From an uncultured Chloroflexia bacterium (GTDB taxonomy: Bacteria; Chloroflexota; Limnocylindria; Limnocylindrales; CSP1-4), in contig CAVYIM010000007.1 in NCBI GenBank assembly GCA_963768655.1, forward strand, positions 83,965-147,964: 64,000 nucleotides of DNA. Direction: 5' to 3'. The notes beneath the pieces were generated by a model. The model was given only the letters and a program-made list of their open reading frames with translations. It was not told the origin of the DNA and ran no database searches. Below are positions 17,305-26,488 of this stretch, piece after piece (the stretch's first letter is position 1; the number at the start of each line of letters is the position of its first letter). A program made the position numbers and the translations under genes.

Positions 17305-17988
17305 ATGGCGCGGACTCTGAACCCGGTGGCACACGCGGTCCGGCGCGACGCGTTCCTCGACGCCGCGCAGCGCCTGATCCAGTCCAAGGGTTACGACCAG
17401 ATGAGCGTTCAGGACGTGCTCCAGGAGATCCACGCGTCCAAGGGCGCTTTCTACCACTACTTCGATTCCAAGGAAGCGCTCCTCGCGGCCGTCGTCGACC
17501 GCATGGTGGAAACGACGACCGCCGCCGCGGGGCCGGTGGCGATGGATCCGGACGTGCCCGCCCTGGAGAAACTCAGCCGCCTGTTCGCTTCAATCGCCGA
17601 GTGGAAGGGCGAACGGACCGATCTCATGATGGAGCTGGTCCGCGTGTGGTTCTCCGACGCCAACTCCATCGTTCGAGATCAGCTCCGACGCGGCGTCCAG
17701 GCCAGGTTGACGCCGCTTCTGGCGGCGATCCTGCGACAGGGGACGGCCGAAGGGACGTTCTCCACGGGCTCTCCGGAACATTCCGCGGACGTTTTCGTTT
17801 CGCTCGTCCTGGGTCTCAACGACAAGGCCACTCAGCTATTCCTGGCACGTCGCGCCGGCACCGTCTCGTTCGAAGATGTGGAGCTCACCCTCGGTGCCTA
17901 CGCGGAAGCTTTCGAGAGGATCCTCGGGCTCTCCCCCGGGTCCTGGCCACTCAACGATCCACGAGCCCTTCATGCCTGGTTCGATTGA
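17305..17988 (+). CDS. TetR/AcrR family transcriptional regulator
   Basis: The N-terminal HTH is RRDAFLDAAQRLIQSKGYDQMSVQDVLQEIHASKGAFYHYFDSKEALL. GGAGG lies 6 nt upstream of the ATG. An unusually AT-rich patch (gtatgataatccggtggtcggtttattatt) lies just upstream. Confidence 0.85.
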   Translation: MARTLNPVAHAVRRDAFLDAAQRLIQSKGYDQMSVQDVLQEIHASKGAFYHYFDSKEALLAAVVDRMVETTTAAAGPVAMDPDVPALEKLSRLFASIAEWKGERTDLMMELVRVWFSDANSIVRDQLRRGVQARLTPLLAAILRQGTAEGTFSTGSPEHSADVFVSLVLGLNDKATQLFLARRAGTVSFEDVELTLGAYAEAFERILGLSPGSWPLNDPRALHAWFD

Positions 17989-18013
17989 CGCTGGATCCCT
18001 CAAAGGAGCATCC

Positions 18014-18929
18014 ATGGCAGCCATCATCAAGACCGAGAAGCTGACGAAGTCGTACGGAATCCCATCGCGGGATCGTCGACGTCGACCTCGAGGTCCAGCA
18101 GGGTGAGGTCTTCGGCTTCCTCGGTCCGAATGGCGCCGGCAAGACGACGACAATTCGCCTTCTGCTCGACCTGATCCGGCCGACCGGCGGCAAGGCTTTC
18201 GTATTCGGCATCGAGACGACTGTTGATCCGATCTCGATCCACCGGCGGGTCGGCTACCTCCCGGGCGAGTTCACCCTTTACGACAAGCTCACCGGTGGTG
18301 AGACGCTCGAGTACTTCGCCAACCTTCGCGGCGGCCTCGATCGGGCCTACCAGGCGTCGCTGATCGAACGCTTCGACCTCGATCCGTCTCGCAAGTTCAA
18401 GGAATACTCGAAGGGCAACAAGCAGAAGGTGGGCCTGGTGGCCGCCCTGCAGCACAAGCCCGAGCTGCTGATCCTGGACGAGCCCACAGCGGGCCTCGAC
18501 CCGCTGGTCCAGCAGACCTTCTTCACGGTCCTCCGCGAATCCGTGGCGGACGGCCACACCGTCTTCCTTTCGAGCCACGTGCTTTCGGAGGCCGAGAAGG
18601 CCTGCGACCGGGTGGCGATCATTCGCGAAGGGCGCATCGTGATGGTCGATCGCGTCGATGCGCTGCGCGACCTGGCCGCGCATCAGGTCGAGCTTCGTTT
18701 CACCGGCCCTGTGCCCGCGGCCGAGTTCGAGGCGCTGTCCGGTGTGAGCAACGTCGTCGCTGAGGACCACGTGCTGCGAATGCACGTCACCGGGCCCATC
18801 GCCCCCGTCGTGAAGGCGGCGGCCCGCTTCGACATCACCGACTTCGTGAGCCGAGAGCCGAGCCTCGAGGAAACCTTCCTGGCGCTGTACGGCCATACTG
18901 CCGTCGAGGTCGCCAATCATGGCAACTGA
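18014..18929 (+). pseudogene. ABC transporter ATP-binding protein, reading frame broken near codon 15-17
   Basis: AAGGAG plus ATG at 18014 gives MAAIIKTEKLTKSYG, which then runs into a stop at 18104-18106. The rest of the protein is in the next frame, which is closed upstream by TGA at 18042-18044. That part reads HRGIVDVDLEVQQGEVFGFLGPNGAGKTTT...YSKGNKQKVGLVAAL...LLILDEPTAGLDP. Removing one base around 18057-18063 restores a normal ATPase. Confidence 0.8.
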
Positions 18930-20601
18930 AGTCGGACGAGCCCCCGTCGCGGCGCCCTGGCACATCTCCCTTCGGAGCCGTTTCTACGGCCTGGGCAGCA
19001 TCTATGCGAAGACGATGCGCGACTCGCGGCTCGCGTTCATCGTCGCCGCCGGGCTGATGGGCGGGATCATGCTCGTTGTCAGTGCGGCCATCACGAAGGC
19101 CTATCCCACCGCGGAGTCTCGCGTCGAGCTGGCCAGTCTGGCCACGAGCGTCAGCGGCGTGGCGTCCGGGATCGCCGGCAAGGCAGTCAACATAGGGTCC
19201 ATGGGCGGCTACGTCCAGTGGAAGTACGGCCCGCTCTTCCTTTTCGTGGCAGCCATCTGGTCGATGCTGGCGCTATCGAGCACGCTGGCAGGCGAGGCGC
19301 ACGGCGGCAGCCTGGAGTTCGTGGCAGCGTCGCCGTTCGGCAAGCGCCGCATCGCGCTGGAGAAAGTTGGGGCTCACCTCACCGCCATGACTCTGGCCAT
19401 GGTGATCCTGGGGTTCGCCGCCTGGCTCGCCGGCGCCGCATTCGCGACCCTGCCTGAAGACGCCATTCCGGTCCAGGCGGCGGTCGGCTACGCCCTGTGG
19501 GTGGGGCTCGCGGGTCTCTTCTTCGGCGGGCTGGCGTTCGCCCTGGCCCAGTTCTTCGGGCGGGCGGTGGGAGCCGGCGTGGCCGGCTTCGCTCTGATCG
19601 CGGGCTGGCTCCTCCAGGGCTATGCCGCGACGGTGCCCGCGTTCACGCCGTTCGCGCTTCTGACGCCCCTGGCTTGGACTGCGGACCATCTGCCGCTGGC
19701 AGGCCAGTACAACTGGCCGTCGCTGATCCCGACGGCTATCGCCGCCGCCGCGCTGCTGGCGATCGGCGTCGAGGCGTTTGCGCGGCGGGACATCGGGGCC
19801 CATCAGGCTGTTCGAACGCCGCGACTGCCGCGTCCGCTCCGCGGCCTTCATGGCCCGATCGGACGCTCGATCGGCGAACGGCTGCCGCTGGCGCTGGCCT
19901 GGAGCCTGGGCCTGGGCGTCGTCACTCTGGCGATGGCGGCAATAAGCAAGGCGCTTGCCGACGACGTCGCGAAGTCGCCCGACCTGCTCAAGACATTCAG
20001 CCAGATCTTCCCCGGCTTCGGCATCACGACCGCGGGCGGCTTCCTGCAGTTGATGATCCAGCTCGAGTACATAGTGGTCGGCTTCGCGGCCGCGACGCTG
20101 GTTTCCGGCTGGGCCTCGGACGAGACCTCAGGCCGGTTCGAGATGCTCCTGTCTACGCCGCTCGCCCGGCCTCGTTGGGCGATCCTCAGCGGGCTCGGGG
20201 TATATGGCTCGATCATCGTCATGACCGCGATCATGGCCGCCTGCGTCGGCATCGGCGCGGCCGCGGCCGGGAGCGATGCGCTGACACCCATGGCCGGCAC
20301 GATTGTCCTGGGACTGTACGCGGCTGCGCTGGCCGGGGTCGGGTTCGCCGTCGGTGGATGGAGGACATCCATCGCCGCGGAGACAGTGGCCATTGTCGTC
20401 GTGGCGACGTACCTGATCGACCTGCTGGCGCCCGCTCTCAGCCTGCCGGACTGGTTCCATCAGCTCGCCCTGACGTCGCACCTGGGCCAGCCGATGGTCG
20501 GCTCGTGGGACCTCACCGGCGTCGTCGCCTGCCTCGTACTGGCCGCGGTCGGCCTGCTCATCGGCGGATGGGGTCTGCGTAGTCGCGACGTGGGCCGCTG
20601 A
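18919..20601 (+). CDS. ABC-2-type transporter permease (polytopic)
   Basis: 560-aa hydrophobic protein with ~12 predicted TM segments. Its ATG overlaps the ATPase 3' end by 11 nt. Confidence 0.65.
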   Translation: MATEVGRAPVAAPWHISLRSRFYGLGSIYAKTMRDSRLAFIVAAGLMGGIMLVVSAAITKAYPTAESRVELASLATSVSGVASGIAGKAVNIGSMGGYVQWKYGPLFLFVAAIWSMLALSSTLAGEAHGGSLEFVAASPFGKRRIALEKVGAHLTAMTLAMVILGFAAWLAGAAFATLPEDAIPVQAAVGYALWVGLAGLFFGGLAFALAQFFGRAVGAGVAGFALIAGWLLQGYAATVPAFTPFALLTPLAWTADHLPLAGQYNWPSLIPTAIAAAALLAIGVEAFARRDIGAHQAVRTPRLPRPLRGLHGPIGRSIGERLPLALAWSLGLGVVTLAMAAISKALADDVAKSPDLLKTFSQIFPGFGITTAGGFLQLMIQLEYIVVGFAAATLVSGWASDETSGRFEMLLSTPLARPRWAILSGLGVYGSIIVMTAIMAACVGIGAAAAGSDALTPMAGTIVLGLYAAALAGVGFAVGGWRTSIAAETVAIVVVATYLIDLLAPALSLPDWFHQLALTSHLGQPMVGSWDLTGVVACLVLAAVGLLIGGWGLRSRDVGR

Positions 20602-20741
20602 CGCCCTGGGAATCCTGGAGACTCCAGCCCCTATCAAGTCCGCGTGCGGACCGCCGACCCTTTTGATCGCGGCGGCTCTCGACGCACGCCCGGAGCGTTG
20701 CTACCGTTGGGCAACAGCGCTAGATGATGAGGAGGGACATC

Positions 20742-22163
20742 ATGGCCACGTTCGATGCCGACGGTCCGCACGAGAGCGGAGCGCCTCCGCTTCCGGAGAC
20801 TCCACCCGCGCCATTGGTTGGGGCGGCGGAGCGCCCCGCGAGGAGCCGCCGAGTACGCCTGCGACTGGCCTTGCCGGTGCTGGCGGTCGCGGCGCTCCTG
20901 GCTGTCGGTCTTGGCGCCCTCAACTGGCCGGGCTCAGGTCCGAACATTGCGCCCGTCACCGTCGGCCCCGACGGGATTCCCAACCAGATCGACGGTCAGC
21001 GCGTCTACCGCACCCAGGATCTGGTGGACTGGCTGAACCTCAGCGACAGCTTCCTCTTGGGGGCGCCTGTTGCAGCGTTCCCCTGCTGGGGCGGTGAGGT
21101 GGTTTCGACCGGCCCGGTTGGGCCGGCCGAGCAAGCCTCACTCGACCTCTACTGGCAGTGCGGCGGAGCCCTCCTGGGCGGGACCAGCGGACCCGAGGTG
21201 ATGGTCGCGCCCCGAGGCTCGGGCGTCCTCGCACCCTGGAACGATGAACTCGCCGTTGTTCGCGTTCACACTCACGACCCCGAAGCCGCCGAGTGTGACG
21301 CTTCGATCCGAGACTCGTGCAAATCGGCGATCGTGGTCGAACAGGTCGTCTGGCCGACCGTGCCGTCTGAGGTCGATGGCCAGCACGTCTATCGCGCGGC
21401 GGACTCGGCCCAGTTCGACAAGCTCAAGGGTAGTTTCCTTCTGGGTGGTGTCGTCGTCGACTCACCGTTTGGCGGCCCATCCACCCTCTTGACGGAGCCG
21501 TCGGATCAATCCTGTGAAGTCCCCGCCAAACCTACGGCCGATCAGCTACTCCTGCCTGATCAGGCGTACTTGCCTGGTTGCCCCGCTGTGTCCATCGACG
21601 GTGAAGAGATCGCGCCAGCCAGCAAGATCGAGCCAACCGCGAACCAGATCGCGGTCGTCCGCGCCCACGTGAACGATGCTCTTGCCGCCGGGTGCTCGAC
21701 GGACGTCAGGTCGGACTGCGAGCGGGCGATCGTGGTCGAGCAGGCGGTGTGGTCGTACGACCCCTACGCGGCCCCGTACGCGATCCCCGAGGTCACGGCC
21801 AGTCCGGTGGGGCCGGTGGGAGCCGACGGCATACCGACGACGATCGAAGGCCAGCGGGTCTATCGCAGTGACAGCCTCCCGACAGACGCCTCGTTCCTGC
21901 TCGGAGGCCAGCTGACTCAGAACGGGTCGTGTCCGAGCAGCCAGCCGGCAGCCACATCTGGCGGAGGCGCGGCACCGGCCTGCTCCGCCTGGAAGGTCGG
22001 CGGCGTGGCGGTAAGGACGGTGATCGAGATCCCGCCGGACGTCGTTGGCAGACTCGTGGTGGTTGATGTGGCGCGATCCCAGGTCTTCGATTGCGCGGAG
22101 ACGTCGTCGTGCAGCCCGCAGCCGGTCCTGGTCGTGACCGCGATCTCATGGAGCGGGCCGTAG
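20742..22163 (+). CDS. hypothetical secreted protein with three internal repeats and conserved Cys pairs
   Basis: ATG at 20742 lies 5 nt after GAGGAGGG at 20729-20736. A signal anchor LRLALPVLAVAALLAVGLGAL is present. The repeat is seen as IPNQIDGQRVYRTQDL..SFLLGA, VPSEVDGQHVYRAADS..SFLLGG and IPTTIEGQRVYRSDSL..SFLLGG. Two further modules read VVRVHTHDPEAAECDASIRDSCKSAIVVEQVVWP and VVRAHVNDALAAGCSTDVRSDCERAIVVEQAVW. Confidence 0.55.
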   Translation: MATFDADGPHESGAPPLPETPPAPLVGAAERPARSRRVRLRLALPVLAVAALLAVGLGALNWPGSGPNIAPVTVGPDGIPNQIDGQRVYRTQDLVDWLNLSDSFLLGAPVAAFPCWGGEVVSTGPVGPAEQASLDLYWQCGGALLGGTSGPEVMVAPRGSGVLAPWNDELAVVRVHTHDPEAAECDASIRDSCKSAIVVEQVVWPTVPSEVDGQHVYRAADSAQFDKLKGSFLLGGVVVDSPFGGPSTLLTEPSDQSCEVPAKPTADQLLLPDQAYLPGCPAVSIDGEEIAPASKIEPTANQIAVVRAHVNDALAAGCSTDVRSDCERAIVVEQAVWSYDPYAAPYAIPEVTASPVGPVGADGIPTTIEGQRVYRSDSLPTDASFLLGGQLTQNGSCPSSQPAATSGGGAAPACSAWKVGGVAVRTVIEIPPDVVGRLVVVDVARSQVFDCAETSSCSPQPVLVVTAISWSGP

Positions 22164-22339
22164 CCGGCGCCGAGGCGGCTCATTCAACCGACCACTGGAT
22201 CGACGCACACCCGACCGACGCCAGCGGCGTGACCTGGATGGGGGCGCGGACCAGCCTCGAATCGATTTGGCTGCCGCAGGGGCGAGCCGCAGCCCGAGTT
22301 ACGCCCGACTCCACGCCCCAGGATGGGCGTACGATCGCC

Positions 22340-24847
22340 TCAGTCGGAGGTGACCTGGACCATGGCCCGGTCGACGGCTTCGAGCAGAGCGTCGGACGTG
22401 AACGGTTTGACGAGCAACTCGACGTTCGGTTCGAGGACCCGGTCGTGGACGATGACCTTGTCCGCGTGGCCCGACATGTACAACACCCGCATTCCGGGTT
22501 GGGCGGCGACGAGGTTTCGGGCCACCTCGCGGCCGCTCATGCCGGGCATCACCACGTCCGTGAGAAGCAGCTGCACCGGCCCCTCGCTTGACTTCTCGAT
22601 GGCCGTGGCGCCGTCGGGCGCGGTCAGGACCCGGTAGCCTGCCGTCTCCAGGACGCGGCTCGCGAATCGCCTGACGCCACTGTCGTCTTCGACCACAAGG
22701 ATCGTGCCTGTCCTGGCGCCGGCGGCTGACGCGGCGCGCGATGGCTCGAGCCCGGGCTCGGCCTTCGCCGCGGCAAGTGGCAGTTGGACGGTGAATGTCG
22801 ATCCGTGGCCCAGCTCGCTGTGAGCCGTGACCGTCCCGCCGGACCCGCGAACGATGCCGTAGACAGTGGCCAGGCCCAGACCGGTGCCCTTGTCGGGGCC
22901 CTTCGTTGTGAAGAATGGCTCGAAGAGGTGCCCAATGGTCTCGGCATCCATGCCCATCCCGGTATCGGTCACGGACATGGTCACCATTGGGCCGGTCTCC
23001 TCAGCCCGAGCGGGTGCGGTCGCCCCGGCGTCCTCGCTGACGGCGATCTCGATCGTCAACGTGCCGCCGTCGGGCATTGCGTCGCTGGCATTCAATGCCA
23101 GGTTGAGGATCACCTGCTCGATCTGGCCCGGGTCCGCCATGACGCAGCATGCTCCGCTCGGGGCGACCGTGAGGAGCGTTACGTCCTCGCCGATGAGGCG
23201 CTCGAGCATCGGTTCCAGCCGCCCGACGATGGCACCCAGGTCCACGACCTTCGGCTGCAGGACGCTTCGTCGGGCGAATGTCAGGAGCTGGCGGGTCAGG
23301 CCGGCGGCGCGGTCGGACGCCTGCTCTATCTGCTCCAGGTCTTCGCGCGGCCCCTCGCCGGGCGGCAGATCTGCCAGGGCCAGGCTGGCGCTGCCGCGGA
23401 TGGCAGTCAGGAGGTTGTTGAAGTCGTGGGCGATGCCGCCCGCGAGCTGACCGATGCCCTCCATCTTCTGGGCCTGGCGCAGCTGCTCCTCCAGGGCGAT
23501 CCGTGCAGCCTCGGCGCGGCGCCGTTCCGTGATGTCGCGGGCGCTGCTGAGGATGGCTTTGCGGCCGCCCAAGTCGAGCACCGTGGCGCTCAACTCGACC
23601 GGCACGACCGTTCCGTCCTTCCGCACGTGGCCCGTTTCGAAGAAGGACGAACCCTGGCTCAGCAACGCTTCTGTGCGCTCGTGAACGCGAGCGGCGAACT
23701 CCGGCGCGTCGATCTCGGCCGGGGACATCGTCAGGAGCTCATCGCGGCTGTAGCCGAGCCGTTCACAGGCCGTGCGATTGACGTCGATGAACTTGCCGTC
23801 GATGTCGTGGAGGAAGACTGCGTCACTGGCGAAGTCGAACAGTTTGCGGAAGCGCTCTTCCGACTGTCTCAATGCCTGCTCCGCCGCGTGCCTTTCGGTG
23901 ATGTCCTGGTCGGCCGTGACGGTTCCGGTGATCTCGCCGCTGCTCGAGCGGAGAGGAGCCTTGGTCACGATATGACGCCGCACCGTCCCGTCTGCAAGGT
24001 ATCTGTCCGCCTCGTAGACCTCGGGCCTGCCGCCTTCCATTGCGCGGCGGTCGTGTTCGGCGTGGATGGCGGCTTCGGGCTGCCCCAGCTCGCGGTTGGT
24101 CTTGCCGATGACCTCCTCGCGCGGACGTCCGTAGTTGCCGACAGCGTAGGCGGTGTTGCAGAGCGTTACGCGACCGTCCCTGTCCTTGGCGACGATCGGA
24201 CTTGGTATCGCCTCGAGCAGCTCCTGGACGAAGCGAGCTTGCTCGCGGAGGAACTCCTCGCCCTCGTGCTTGGGCGTGATGTCGCGGATCGATGCGACAA
24301 CCCCGACGATCTGCCCGCCGGCGTCGCGGTGCGGCCGGTACAAGCCCCGGGCCCAGCCCCTGCGACCGCCACGCGAGCTTATCAGCTCGAACTCGCGCCA
24401 TTGCGACTCGCCCGTCTCCATGACCCGGGTGAGGATCCCCTCGAGGCCGGCCGCGACGGCTTCCGGATACACCTCACTCGGCCGCCGGCCGAGGACCTGG
24501 GCGGCCGTCAGGCCCAGCGCCTCCTCCATTGCCGGGTTCCAGACGGTGACGCGCAGATCACGGCCGTATACGACCAGCCCGTCGCCGGAGCTGGCGATGA
24601 TCGTCTCCACGAAGGCACTCCGCTCGCGCAGCGCGGCTTCGGCGCGGCGGGCCTCAGTGACGTCCTCGATCAGTGCCGTCAGCCAGTTTGGGTCGACGCG
24701 CGAGAGGCGGATCAGGACGGATCGGTCGGACGCCGGGTCGTGTCCTTCGAACTCAACGGGCTGCCCGCTGACGGCGACCTCGCCCAGGCGATCGATCAGT
24801 TCCTGCCGAAGCCCGAGGCGGACCTCTGAGGCGCGCCTGCCGATCAC
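22340..24847 (-). CDS. multi-PAS hybrid sensor histidine kinase / response regulator
   Basis: Three complete PAS modules plus the C-terminal half of a fourth are present. The H-box is GIAHDFNNLLTAI. The ATPase motifs are LNLALNASDAM, DTGMGM and GTGLGLA. The C-terminal receiver reads ILVVEDD...LLLTDVVMPGMSG...KPF. The listed GTG start is immediately preceded by an in-frame TAG. Confidence 0.85.
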   Translation of the reverse strand: MIGRRASEVRLGLRQELIDRLGEVAVSGQPVEFEGHDPASDRSVLIRLSRVDPNWLTALIEDVTEARRAEAALRERSAFVETIIASSGDGLVVYGRDLRVTVWNPAMEEALGLTAAQVLGRRPSEVYPEAVAAGLEGILTRVMETGESQWREFELISSRGGRRGWARGLYRPHRDAGGQIVGVVASIRDITPKHEGEEFLREQARFVQELLEAIPSPIVAKDRDGRVTLCNTAYAVGNYGRPREEVIGKTNRELGQPEAAIHAEHDRRAMEGGRPEVYEADRYLADGTVRRHIVTKAPLRSSSGEITGTVTADQDITERHAAEQALRQSEERFRKLFDFASDAVFLHDIDGKFIDVNRTACERLGYSRDELLTMSPAEIDAPEFAARVHERTEALLSQGSSFFETGHVRKDGTVVPVELSATVLDLGGRKAILSSARDITERRRAEAARIALEEQLRQAQKMEGIGQLAGGIAHDFNNLLTAIRGSASLALADLPPGEGPREDLEQIEQASDRAAGLTRQLLTFARRSVLQPKVVDLGAIVGRLEPMLERLIGEDVTLLTVAPSGACCVMADPGQIEQVILNLALNASDAMPDGGTLTIEIAVSEDAGATAPARAEETGPMVTMSVTDTGMGMDAETIGHLFEPFFTTKGPDKGTGLGLATVYGIVRGSGGTVTAHSELGHGSTFTVQLPLAAAKAEPGLEPSRAASAAGARTGTILVVEDDSGVRRFASRVLETAGYRVLTAPDGATAIEKSSEGPVQLLLTDVVMPGMSGREVARNLVAAQPGMRVLYMSGHADKVIVHDRVLEPNVELLVKPFTSDALLEAVDRAMVQVTSD

Positions 24848-24850
24848 CTA

Positions 24851-25048
24851 ATCGGCCTTCTGGCCGATTAGGCTCTCGAATGCCGGATTGACATCGACAA
24901 TGCGATAGTCGGCCGGCCTGCCGGCCTCATCGAAGACGATCTCCCCAATGGCTGCCGCATTCGGCATCTGCTCGAAGAGCAGCCGGTGGAAGTTGGCCGA
25001 CGCAGGCCCGGTGCCGTGGTGGACCTGACCGCCATCCCCGTCCCTCAC
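24851..25048 (-). other. detached N-terminal half of the first PAS domain of the kinase, separated from it only by an in-frame TAG (24848-24850)
   Basis: The minus frame reads ...ANFHRLLFEQMPNAAAIGEIVFDEAGRPADYRIVDVNPAFESLIGQKAD-TAG-VIGRRASEV. This runs straight through a canonical PAS core (N.af..l.G....e.iGr). A candidate original start is the GTG at 25048-25046. Upstream of that the 159-aa ORF is Arg/Pro-rich and does not look protein-like. Confidence 0.5.
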
Positions 25049-25402
25049 GGGTGCAACCCGTCCGACCCACTGTCCCAGGGGGTTGTCGAAAAGTGCCGGT
25101 CCGTACTTCGCACCTTGCCGTCGATACCCCGGAAGCGGAAGGCGGAGTGGGGCATCGACCCGGCGCGGCCGGAGTCCGTCGCGCTTAACCGCCCTCCGGC
25201 TCGATGGGTGCCAGGGTCCTCGCCCCCTGATGCGGGACGCGGCCACTCCCAACCCCACAGCGCTGCCCAGAGTTGTCCACGGCAGTCCATGACGCTCATC
25301 TTCGCACCGGAGGTTGGGCGAGTCCATGCGACGTTCAGGTGAGTGAGACAGGCCTCATACCTACCCACACGATTGGGGCAGTGACAGCGACGGCCAAACA
25401 GC

Positions 25403-25411
25403 TGCTAGCCT
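25403..25411 (+). promoter_or_regulatory. candidate extended -10 box TGcTAGCCT, 6 nt upstream of the EamA ATG (leaderless arrangement)
   Basis: The sequence is gcTGcTAGCCTtctctcATG. No Shine-Dalgarno sequence lies between the box and the start. Confidence 0.35.
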
Positions 25412-25417
25412 TCTCTC

Positions 25418-26413
25418 ATGAATCGCCGACGTGTCGTTGGCATCGGCTTGGGCGGGCTCGCCGGCGCCGGCTACGCAACCGGACCGTTCCTGTTCAAGGC
25501 CACCGTTCATCCTGCCGGCGTAGATTGGATCGCCATGCTGATGTGGCGGTTCGCACTGGCCGCGCTGGTGAGCTGGGCGTGGCTGCTGTCCCAGCCGCGA
25601 GCGCGGGCGGCCCTTCGGGAGCTCGACGGCCGCACCATCGCCCGGCTGTTGTTGACGGGCGCAGTCTTCGTCGTCGATGCGAGCCTTTACTTCGCGGCCG
25701 TCGAGCGAATCGACATCTCGCTGGTGGCCCTCATCGCGAGTGCCTACCCGGCTCTCGTGGCGGTCGTGTCTCTTCGCCTCGGCTACAGGTTCTCGGGCAC
25801 GCGGGCCTGGGGATCGCTTGCCCTGGTCATATCCGGGACGATCCTGACCATCGGCGCGATCAATGCCAACACCAACCAGGTCGGGATCATCCTCGCTCTC
25901 CTGGCTCCGGTCGCCTACACGGCCTACATCGTGCTGGCGGCCCGGATGGCCGGCGAGCGGCCGGGCCAGACGGCGGACATGCGGTCTCGGGGTAGGGGAG
26001 CCGAAGTCCCACCACCGGTTGCCGGGGCGATCATGACGACCGGCTCCTGGATCGCCACGCTGGCGCTCGGCCTCCTAGCTCGTGAGCCGCTGCTGCCAAC
26101 CCAGATCCCCCGGGCCGCGTGGCCGGGCCTGATCGGTATAGGTGTCTTTTCCGCCGCGGTCGCCATCCAGGCGTTCTACGCGTCCGCCGCCCGGATCGGG
26201 GCCGCCCGCGCCTCGCTGATGACCACAGTCCAGCCCGTTGTGGTGATACTTCTCGGGGTCTTCTTCCTGAGTGAGGCATTCACCGCGGTGCGAGCGGCGG
26301 GGGCGGCCATCGTGCTGGCGGGCGTCGTGCTGGCCCAGTTCGCCAGGGCCCCAGAGCCTGGGCCGGCCGCGCTAGAGCGAGGCGGTGAAGGGGTAGGGCA
26401 CGTCTCGGGTTAG
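25418..26413 (+). CDS. DMT superfamily transporter (EamA/RhaT-like, 10 TM)
   Basis: Two EamA-like halves with ~10 hydrophobic helices, for example FAAVERIDISLVALIASAYPALVAVVS and YASAARIGAARASLMTTVQPVVVILLGVFFLSE. Confidence 0.8.
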   Translation: MNRRRVVGIGLGGLAGAGYATGPFLFKATVHPAGVDWIAMLMWRFALAALVSWAWLLSQPRARAALRELDGRTIARLLLTGAVFVVDASLYFAAVERIDISLVALIASAYPALVAVVSLRLGYRFSGTRAWGSLALVISGTILTIGAINANTNQVGIILALLAPVAYTAYIVLAARMAGERPGQTADMRSRGRGAEVPPPVAGAIMTTGSWIATLALGLLAREPLLPTQIPRAAWPGLIGIGVFSAAVAIQAFYASAARIGAARASLMTTVQPVVVILLGVFFLSEAFTAVRAAGAAIVLAGVVLAQFARAPEPGPAALERGGEGVGHVSG

Positions 26414-26488
26414 CTGGGAGATCGAGCCGATCGGGGACTCGTGCCACCTGACTTTGACCCACGGCCCGGGGAGCGGCGCGGGACTCCG

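Noticed and set aside
18027-18965. 312-aa minus-strand ORF opposite the ABC ATPase
   Set aside because: It is antisense to a gene with Walker A, signature and Walker B motifs, and it has no motifs of its own.
24848-24850. TAG in the kinase read as a sense codon (for example pyrrolysine or suppressor decoding)
   Set aside because: TAG is used as an ordinary stop for several genes in the window (trmD at 56574-56576, frr at 61685-61687, rpsP, rplS). No pyl genes were seen. A point mutation or sequence error is far more parsimonious.
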